Source: a bacterium
GTDB lineage: Bacteria; Zhuqueibacterota; Zhuqueibacteria; Zhuqueibacterales; Zhuqueibacteraceae
DNA length: 14,259 nt
Assembly: GCA_044869275.1 (NCBI GenBank)
Contig: JBIOXB010000133.1
Span: forward strand, 1-14,259
Direction: 5' to 3'
Within the stretch, counting starts at the first letter, position 1. Each line of letters begins with the position of its first letter. Made by a program: the position numbers and the translations under genes. A model generated the notes under the pieces. The model worked only from the letters and a program-made list of their open reading frames with translations, was not told where the DNA came from and made no database searches. Positions 8,043 to 14,259 of this stretch are shown here, piece after piece.

Positions 8043-8131
8043 GGCCGCCCGCAGGGCTAAGGATTTCAGCTTGTCTGAAAATCCGTTGTAGTTCATTTCA
8101 AGGACAATCTGTGCTGTTTAAGCAAAGAAAT

Positions 8132-8202
8132 CCAAAGCTCAAAACTCAAAACCACTCTTGGATTTTGTATTTTGAATTTTGGCGTTCCGGCTTCTCCGGG
8201 TT
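8132..8202. repeat. Heptamer-periodic inverted repeat followed by a CCGG mini-hairpin (REP-like)
   Basis: ccaaagctcaaaactcaaaacc ... ttggattttgtattttgaattttgg, then ccggcttctccgg. Confidence 0.6.
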
Positions 8203-8236
8203 ACGTTATGCCAAATAATTCTTAAAGGAGAATGAC

Positions 8237-8480
8237 ATGCGAGAGCGCGCTTTCCCCGGCGCGAGGCTTTTCTGGGCTGCGGCAGATGAAGCTCGACCTA
8301 TATTCCTTTTTTCAAGAACAAGGCTACAAGAACCTTGTGAACCTGGCGCTCGCGATTGGCGGACAAAACGGCAGCGCCTCTCGGCTCACCCTGGCCGCGA
8401 CACCCACGGTTTCCGTAGGTGGCGTTCCAATAAAGTATCCGGGACAAATTCATATCGTTGATCAGGAGTTCAGAAATTGA
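8237..8480 (+). pseudogene. Internally deleted, frameshifted gene for an exported/LEA_2-like protein
   Basis: AAGGAG-6nt-ATG(8237) gives the signal-like MRERAFPGARLFWAAA. From ~8285 the conserved-looking C-terminus (MKLDLYSFF...NLALAIGGQNGSASRLTLAATPTV...KYPGQIHIVDQEFRN*) continues in another frame, and its stop overlaps the next ATG. Confidence 0.6.
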
Positions 8481-8851
8481 TGAATCGGTTCTGGCTGATC
8501 ATGGCGGCGATCTCGGGCTTTTTGTGCGTGGCGCTTGGCGCGTTCGGCGCGCATGCCTTAAGAAATGTCTTGGACAGCTACAGTCGCGGAATTTATGAAA
8601 AAGCTGTGCACTATCAAATGTTTCACTCCGTGGCATTGCTGGTGGCCGGCATTTTGCAAAGCTATTATCCGCAAAGTTCTTTCGCCGGCGCCGCATGGTC
8701 TTTTCTATTTGGCATCGTTCTTTTTTCCGGCAGCCTGTACTTGCTGGCCCTTACCGGCGTGAAGTGGTGGGGCGCGGTGACGCCGTTTGGCGGGCTGGCT
8801 TTTTTGCTGGGCTGGGCCTGGCTGGCCTATGCGCTGATGCGCGGAAAATGA
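8480..8851 (+). CDS. DUF423 (YgdD/TMEM256-like) membrane protein
   Basis: VALGAFGAHAL, AVHYQMFH, GIVLFSGSLYLLAL, GAVTPFGG..F.LGW. Start is TTG 8477 or ATG 8480. Confidence 0.93.
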   Translation: MNRFWLIMAAISGFLCVALGAFGAHALRNVLDSYSRGIYEKAVHYQMFHSVALLVAGILQSYYPQSSFAGAAWSFLFGIVLFSGSLYLLALTGVKWWGAVTPFGGLAFLLGWAWLAYALMRGK

Positions 8852-8869
8852 AAGATCAGAAGGGTTGCA

Positions 8870-9553
8870 ATGATTCCGTTAAAGGATGACAATCCCCGCG
8901 TGGCGTTTCCCGTGGTCAACACGTTGCTGATTGTTGCGAATGTCGCGGTGTACCTGCACGAGATGTTCCTGCCTCATGCCGAAACGGAGGCGTTCTTGAG
9001 GACTTATGGCGCCATCCCGGCGCAAATTGTCCAGGGCATGAATTATTCGACTCTATTCACTTCGATGTTCTTGCACGGCGGCATCCTGCACATTCTCGGC
9101 AACATGCTCTACTTGTTTATTTTCGGCGACAACATTGAAGGGGCGATGGGCTCGGTGCGCTATACGATTTTCTATGTGTTGTGCGGCCTCGGCGCGGCGA
9201 TGTCTCACATTCTGATTGATCCCAGTTCGGGGACGCCGATGGTGGGTGCGAGCGGAGCGATATCCGGCGTGTTGGGCGCCTATATGCTTACCTACCCCAA
9301 GGCCCGGGTGTTGGTGCTGTTCCCGATATTTATTTTTTATGTCACGACTTTTCGCGTGCCCGCTCTGGTCGTCCTGGGGTTGTGGTTTGTGAATCAACTG
9401 ATCAGCGGTTTGATTTACCAGAGGGATCCGCATGGCATGGGCGGCAGCATCGCTTGGTTTGCCCACATCGGCGGGTTTATCATTGGCATGCTGCTGGTCA
9501 AGCTGTTTGTCAACAAACAGCGCCCAGACGATGGGACACATGATTACACTTGA
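8870..9553 (+). CDS. Rhomboid family intramembrane serine protease
   Basis: MIPLKDDNP N-terminus, SMFLHGGILHILGNMLYLFIFGDNIE, catalytic GASG and AHIGG. Confidence 0.95.
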   Translation: MIPLKDDNPRVAFPVVNTLLIVANVAVYLHEMFLPHAETEAFLRTYGAIPAQIVQGMNYSTLFTSMFLHGGILHILGNMLYLFIFGDNIEGAMGSVRYTIFYVLCGLGAAMSHILIDPSSGTPMVGASGAISGVLGAYMLTYPKARVLVLFPIFIFYVTTFRVPALVVLGLWFVNQLISGLIYQRDPHGMGGSIAWFAHIGGFIIGMLLVKLFVNKQRPDDGTHDYT

Positions 9554-12312
9554 GGGGGCATGGGTTGGTGTTCATTGCTTCTCTTTTGGTATTTGCTCCC
9601 CGCCACTTCCACTCCCATCATCACCGCTGCGCCGAAAAGCAGACTCTCCAATCCCGACATGACGGTTTGCATGGGTTGGCCAAAACGGACTTTCCCGAAC
9701 ATGGCGGCGAACGAATCCATGCTGAGCTGTGAGTTGGCGAAAGCGCGCGCGATGATCGCCAGGCTGCCGCTGAAAAGATTGTAATGCAAAATCGCCAGGA
9801 GCAAGCCGGCGCACATCGCGCCGAGGCCTGCTCCCAAGACTTTTTGCCAGGGTCGCAACCGCGGCACCAAGCTCTCCACCACCACGGCGCCCAAGGCCAA
9901 CCCCACGCCGATGCTCGCCCCTTCCCACGCGCCCGTAATCCCGTTCAGATCCCGCCCGAACAAAGCGCGAAAAATATCCGTGCCGAGCTGATTTGCCAGG
10001 CCGCCAATCAATGCACCGCCCAGCCCCGCTCCGGGAACCGACCACCAGCGGCTATGGCGATAGGCAATATGGCGCACCGTCAACATGCCGAAACTCACAC
10101 CCAAGCCGCCCAATGCGCTCACGAGCACGGCAAGACTCACCAGCACCACGATAATGGAAGTGCCTTGCAGAATCGAAGTGTGCCGGGCCATCGCCAGGCC
10201 CGCGCCGAGCAGAACGCCGCCGATCGCTCCCGCACCGGCCGCGCCGAACATGCCTCCCAGGCCGCGGGCCATGATATCTCTGCCGCCGCGTTGCAGCCGC
10301 AACCCAATCAGACTGAAGAGAATCAATACTTGCGTCAGCAGGGTGTGGCGCTTGAGCCTCACCCAATCTCTTTGCTGATCGCGCAGCAAAGCAATACTGA
10401 AGGCCCGGCGCACCAGGCCGGCGCTTTCGCGCTCGTGATCTGCGCATAAAATGATTTCGGCGGATCGTGCCAGCCATTCGCCCAGGGCCACACTGGCGTG
10501 GCGGCGCACGCGCAATTCTTCATCCCAAAGCGCCAGCTCGCGCAGCAGCATCTGGCTTTCGGTGTTCCGCAACGTGGCACAAGCGGCGATGGCGCACAGG
10601 CGTACCTTCTCCTCTTTGTGCCGCGCCGCGGCAACCACGAGGCTTTGCGCGGAAGGAGCCGTCGTGCTCAGCCATTCCGGCGCGGGCTGGCCACGATTGA
10701 GCAAGCTCATCAGCAACAGATCCGCTTCTTCACCCGTGAGGCCAAGCTGGGAGTCGAAAGGAAGCAGAAGCTGCAAGGCATCAGCATCGATCAACAAACT
10801 GTGCGCGCGATAATTTTCCGCCGCGCGCTGGATGATGCCGCGCGCGCGCTTCAAAGCGATCGTTTCCGCCGTGATCCAGCGCATGATTTCCGGCAGCAAA
10901 AAGTCATGCGCCAGTTCCACCCAGCCTTCGCCGTCTTGATTGCGGTAGCGCACGATGCGGGCGGCCGCGAGCTCTTCCAGCAACGCGCCGGCGTGTTTGG
11001 TTTTCGCATGCATGCGCGCATGCAGCTCGGCGACGCGCAGCACCAAGCGCTGGTTGTCGGCGGAAATCAAAGCCGTCAATATTTCCCGCGCCGCTTGCAA
11101 ATCACTGGCGTTGAAGTGATGCAGCACGCGTTCCAAATAACCCGCCAGGATTCGCGCCGCCGTGCCGAGTTTATCATAAGCCGCAACCGTCAGCCGGCCG
11201 CCGTGGTCGCGCGCGTCGAACAGGCGGTCGCAGACGATTTGCAGTTGCGGCGGATCGATGCTGCCATGATCGCTCAAATCGGCCAGCACCCGCTCCACCA
11301 ATTCCGGCTGCCAAACGCTGCCAACGGCGCGCGCCGGCTCGATCATCGCGCGCACGGCTTGTTCGTGATTGAAGCGCTGCAAGCGGTATTCGTGGTGGAA
11401 AATTTCGGGAATCGCCGTTTTGAACTGGCTCATGTCGGCGAGGCGGTCTTCGCGCAAAGCGAACGCCAGGTGCAATTGCAGAGCTTCATTTTGGAACAAT
11501 GCCGCAAGCGCGCCAATAAACTCGCGCCGTTGGTCCCCGGGCAGGAGCAGAAAAAATTCTTCAAATTGATCGAAAAGAAAAATAACACGCCGCTGCGGTG
11601 CTTGCCGGTTCCAATGCTGTAGAATTTCCGCCAGGCTGAAAAGGTGGCAGGAAGGCAGATCCGAAACCGCGGCCTCGCGCAACGCCAGTGTCATTTGCTG
11701 CAAAGGGTTTTGGAAGCTGCGCATAACGAAGACGAGGTGCTGTTGCGCCTTGAGGCGCGGCAGCAAGCCCGCGCGCAGCAGCGAGCTTTTACCCACACCC
11801 GATCGGCCGTGCAAAATAAATGAACGGTGCGCCAAGATTTGCGAGCCGATGATTTCGATTTCCGCTTCGCGCCCGAAAAACAGAGCCGCATCATGTTCGG
11901 TGAAGTAATCTAAAAACTTGTAGGGCCGCGCACCGGACGCGGTTGGGGTGGCCGCGAGCAGCGCGCCGTTGGGCTCTTCCACGGCGACGGCTTGTCCGAT
12001 GAAAACATAACCGTGTTTCGGCACAGTTTTGATGTAACGCGGCTGCGCCACTTCATCCCCCAATTGCTTGCGAATATCCTTGATGCATTGCGTCAGCGCC
12101 GCGTCAGTGACGATCACGCCCTGCCACACTTCCTCAAAAATGCGCTGCTTTTCCACCAGTTGCCCTTGATGGCGGATCAGCAAATGCAGCACTTCGAAAT
12201 ACTTCGAAGTAAGGGCCTGCGGCTTTCCCGCACGCCAAAGTTGGCGATTGTGCACATCGAAGAAGAATTCGTCGCAACGATAGCCAGCGATTTTATGTTC
12301 ACTCACGCTCAT
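9544..12312 (-). CDS. Membrane-anchored regulator: OmpR/CadC-type winged helix + nSTAND1-type P-loop NTPase + HEAT-like repeats + Gly-rich multi-TM domain
   Basis: wHTH: FEVLHLLI...LVEK...VW.GVIVTDAALTQCIKDIRKQLGD...YIKTVPKHGYVF. STAND: RPYKFLDYF...FFGRE, GRSGVGKSSLLRAG, FLFDQFEEFF, PPQLQIVC, ELAHDFL. HEAT-like VRRHASVALG. About 7 hydrophobic helices at the C-terminus. Start is ATG 12312 or GTG 12318. Confidence 0.92.
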   Translation of the reverse strand: MSVSEHKIAGYRCDEFFFDVHNRQLWRAGKPQALTSKYFEVLHLLIRHQGQLVEKQRIFEEVWQGVIVTDAALTQCIKDIRKQLGDEVAQPRYIKTVPKHGYVFIGQAVAVEEPNGALLAATPTASGARPYKFLDYFTEHDAALFFGREAEIEIIGSQILAHRSFILHGRSGVGKSSLLRAGLLPRLKAQQHLVFVMRSFQNPLQQMTLALREAAVSDLPSCHLFSLAEILQHWNRQAPQRRVIFLFDQFEEFFLLLPGDQRREFIGALAALFQNEALQLHLAFALREDRLADMSQFKTAIPEIFHHEYRLQRFNHEQAVRAMIEPARAVGSVWQPELVERVLADLSDHGSIDPPQLQIVCDRLFDARDHGGRLTVAAYDKLGTAARILAGYLERVLHHFNASDLQAAREILTALISADNQRLVLRVAELHARMHAKTKHAGALLEELAAARIVRYRNQDGEGWVELAHDFLLPEIMRWITAETIALKRARGIIQRAAENYRAHSLLIDADALQLLLPFDSQLGLTGEEADLLLMSLLNRGQPAPEWLSTTAPSAQSLVVAAARHKEEKVRLCAIAACATLRNTESQMLLRELALWDEELRVRRHASVALGEWLARSAEIILCADHERESAGLVRRAFSIALLRDQQRDWVRLKRHTLLTQVLILFSLIGLRLQRGGRDIMARGLGGMFGAAGAGAIGGVLLGAGLAMARHTSILQGTSIIVVLVSLAVLVSALGGLGVSFGMLTVRHIAYRHSRWWSVPGAGLGGALIGGLANQLGTDIFRALFGRDLNGITGAWEGASIGVGLALGAVVVESLVPRLRPWQKVLGAGLGAMCAGLLLAILHYNLFSGSLAIIARAFANSQLSMDSFAAMFGKVRFGQPMQTVMSGLESLLFGAAVMMGVEVAGSKYQKRSNEHQPMPPQV

Positions 12313-12356
12313 GGTCACGTTTTTCTCACCGTTTTCTCATGCTGGGCTCACGTCTT
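12313..12356. promoter_or_regulatory. Four tandem 11-bp direct repeats, candidate wHTH operator
   Basis: GGTCACGTTTT / TCTCACCGTTT / TCTCATGCTGG / GCTCACGTCTT, with TCA at 12315, 12326, 12337 and 12348. Confidence 0.65.
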
Positions 12357-12564
12357 TTGGAATATTTACCCTTAAATTCATCCACACGAAGCGCGAGCGT
12401 AAAGATTCAATTTCATAAACCATTTCTTTGCGAAGTGAGTTCAGCTCCCGGCCGAAATATTTTGGACAACCATATCGCTCAAGCATAAAGAATACCGCAT
12501 GCAGAAGCAAGCGTTTTATCGTGACCCTCGAACGCAACAAAGTTGGATGCGCCGGAGAAGCTGC

Positions 12565-13308
12565 ATGACCTCTTCACAATTCCGGCAGTTGAGGATGCGG
12601 CTTGCACGACTCGTCTTGACCACTGCCGGAGCGGTGCTTATTTTTTGGACCGCAGCAACTATCGTCACGGAGAGAGCCGTGCCGTTTGCCGGCCCGCTGT
12701 TGCCCGCAAGCGCTTCGATTTCGGCGTCAGGATATGAGCGAGCCGTCGCCAGGGCGAGAGATCACATTCAGGCCATGATGCTTGAGCGCCAAATTCCCGG
12801 CCTGTCGGTGGCGGTCGCCGTAAAGGGAGTATTGGTCTGGTCCGAAGCTTTTGGCTATAAATGGGCCGCAGGCGGTTTTCTTTCGACGGCGGAGGATTTG
12901 GTGCGATTCGGTTCGGCGCATATGGCTCCGATGAATAAAGGATTTCTGAAGCCGGAAACCCTGGAGCTTCTGTTTGCACCGCGCACCGGGCCGGCCGGCG
13001 TGTTGGGTTACGGCTTGGGATGGATGACGGCGCGCGACTTGCACTTGCGCCGCGCTCACTTCCAATTTGGCGCAGCATCAGGCGGCACTTCCGTATTTGT
13101 GATTTATCCCGAACAAAGCGTGTGCATGGCAATAGTATGCAATCTCGGCCATGCCCGATTTCCCTTCGCGCGGCTGATGGGAGTGGTCAATCCCTTTTTG
13201 AGCGATCCCGCCAAGATCGTATTGAGGGTGGTCGCAGTCTTTTTGCTGGCAGGCGGCATGACCATCCTGCTCCGGTGTTTGAATAAACGAAACAAAGCAC
13301 TCAGATAA
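12565..13308 (+). CDS. Serine hydrolase (beta-lactamase-like) homologue with in-frame loss of the catalytic SxxK/YxN region; N- and C-terminal TM helices
   Basis: [22 protein letters not shown] is joined directly to [18 protein letters not shown]...YGLGW. GGAG lies 7 nt before ATG 12565. It may be a pseudogene. Confidence 0.75.
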   Translation: MTSSQFRQLRMRLARLVLTTAGAVLIFWTAATIVTERAVPFAGPLLPASASISASGYERAVARARDHIQAMMLERQIPGLSVAVAVKGVLVWSEAFGYKWAAGGFLSTAEDLVRFGSAHMAPMNKGFLKPETLELLFAPRTGPAGVLGYGLGWMTARDLHLRRAHFQFGAASGGTSVFVIYPEQSVCMAIVCNLGHARFPFARLMGVVNPFLSDPAKIVLRVVAVFLLAGGMTILLRCLNKRNKALR

Positions 13309-13318
13309 AGGGCTTATC

Positions 13319-14074
13319 ATGACTCCAAACGATTTCATCGCATCAACAAGCACCGGATTGCACGTGGCGATCATCATGGACGGCAACGGCCGCTGGGCCA
13401 ATGCCCACGGCTGGTCGCGGCCGGCCGGGCATCGCGCCGGCGCGGAAAATGTGCGCCACATTGTCGAAGCTTCGCCGGAGCTCGGCATCAACGCGCTGAC
13501 TTTGTACGCCTTTTCTTCGGACAATTGGCAGCGCCCGGCGCGCGAAGTTGACGCGCTCATGCGATTGTTCGATTTCTATTTGCATGCTGAAATCGATCGC
13601 TGCGTGCGCAACGGCGTGCGCGTCAGTATCATCGGCCGCCGCGACCGGCTGTCGCCGGCTATTTTAGCAGCGGTGGAAGAAATTGAAAACACCACACGTC
13701 CCGGCCGGGTTTTGCATCTGCGCTTGGCGATCGATTATTCGTCGCGCGATGCGATTCTGCATGCCGCGCAAAAGCTCGCGCACAACAGCGCTGGATCACG
13801 CGAAAAATTTGCGCAAGTACTGGCGCAGGTGTATCATGAAGATTCGCCCGCGCGTGACGTCGATTTGCTGATTCGTACCGGCGGCGAGCAGCGCCTGAGC
13901 GATTTTCTGTTGTGGGAATGTGCTTATGCGGAATTGTATTTCACTCCGCGGCCATGGCCGGATTTTCGCGTGAATGATTTGGAAGACGCCGTACGGCAAT
14001 TCCAGCAGCGCGAGCGGCGTTTCGGGCGAGTGGCGGATATCGTCGTTCAGAAGCCCGCGGTCAAAGCAGCTTGA
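13319..14074 (+). CDS. uppS: cis-prenyltransferase (UppS/isoprenyl transferase family), divergent paralog type
   Basis: [68 protein letters not shown]. Confidence 0.95.
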   Translation: MTPNDFIASTSTGLHVAIIMDGNGRWANAHGWSRPAGHRAGAENVRHIVEASPELGINALTLYAFSSDNWQRPAREVDALMRLFDFYLHAEIDRCVRNGVRVSIIGRRDRLSPAILAAVEEIENTTRPGRVLHLRLAIDYSSRDAILHAAQKLAHNSAGSREKFAQVLAQVYHEDSPARDVDLLIRTGGEQRLSDFLLWECAYAELYFTPRPWPDFRVNDLEDAVRQFQQRERRFGRVADIVVQKPAVKAA

Positions 14075-14158
14075 TCAAGACCATTTTGAAGAGAGGATGA
14101 AACCGAAGGCCGCAAGCGCGGCGCATGGTTTGGGAACGAGCCTCTCGAAAAAATCAAA

Positions 14159-14259
14159 TTAGCGGGATACGAGAGTGAGAAATTCATTTACGAGCATGGG
14201 GATGAGTCTTTCAGCTCGAGCACCGTGTCTTATGTCATATCCTATCGCGGCATATTTCT
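14159..14259 (-). CDS. Possible C-terminal end of a gene entering from the right edge
   Basis: One minus frame is open from the edge: KYAAIGYDIRHGARAERLIPMLVNEFLTLVSR*. Too short to assign. Confidence 0.3.
   Translation of the reverse strand, partial: KYAAIGYDIRHGARAERLIPMLVNEFLTLVSR

Noticed and set aside
7990..8045. CTGATGA suggesting a hammerhead ribozyme
   Set aside because: No stem II followed by GAAA; the motif is part of the repeat unit
7971..8202. Possible mini CRISPR array
   Set aside because: Repeats are inverted and adjacent, with no unique spacers and no cas genes
8021..8218. 65-aa ORF in the intergenic region
   Set aside because: It runs through the hairpin repeats with a TTG start and no RBS; likely spurious
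9544..12318. Avs-type antiphage STAND defence system
   Set aside because: The effector is a transcriptional wHTH rather than a nuclease, TIR or protease, it has an apparent cognate operator, and there is no defence-island context; not fully excluded
9550..12375. Long plus-strand ORFs such as 10498-11622 and 9784-10449
   Set aside because: Antisense shadows of the wHTH-STAND gene in GC-rich DNA
12565..13308. Functional beta-lactamase / resistance gene
   Set aside because: The catalytic SxxK and YxN motifs are absent

Overview
Bacterial window with moderately high GC. The secreted-protein C-terminus (YQNYPNP...FlgD-Ig/T9SS-like sorting domain) suggests an FCB-group organism such as KSB1, Calditrichota or Ignavibacteria; this is an inference. 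(1) Bases 5800 to 1 hold one uninterrupted minus-strand ORF of at least 1933 codons. The supplied ORF track missed it because its stop lies outside the window. I translated it by hand: signal peptide, beta-sandwich, VWA, 2 Ig-like repeats, ConA-like domain, Ig-like domain, CARDB, circularly permuted ConA-like domain, CARDB, cohesin, Cys-rich dockerin, cohesin, FlgD/CTD. A sigma54-like promoter with two palindromic upstream sites precedes it. (2) The middle holds an orphan fragment of a secreted protein, an O-antigen ligase-family gene, REP-like hairpins, a gene broken by an internal deletion, a DUF423 gene and a rhomboid protease. (3) The right side holds a 924-aa membrane-anchored regulator (OmpR-type wHTH + nSTAND1-type NTPase + HEAT-like + multi-TM) with four 11-bp direct repeats at its start. 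It is divergent from a serine-hydrolase homologue lacking its catalytic region and an atypical UppS-family cis-prenyltransferase.
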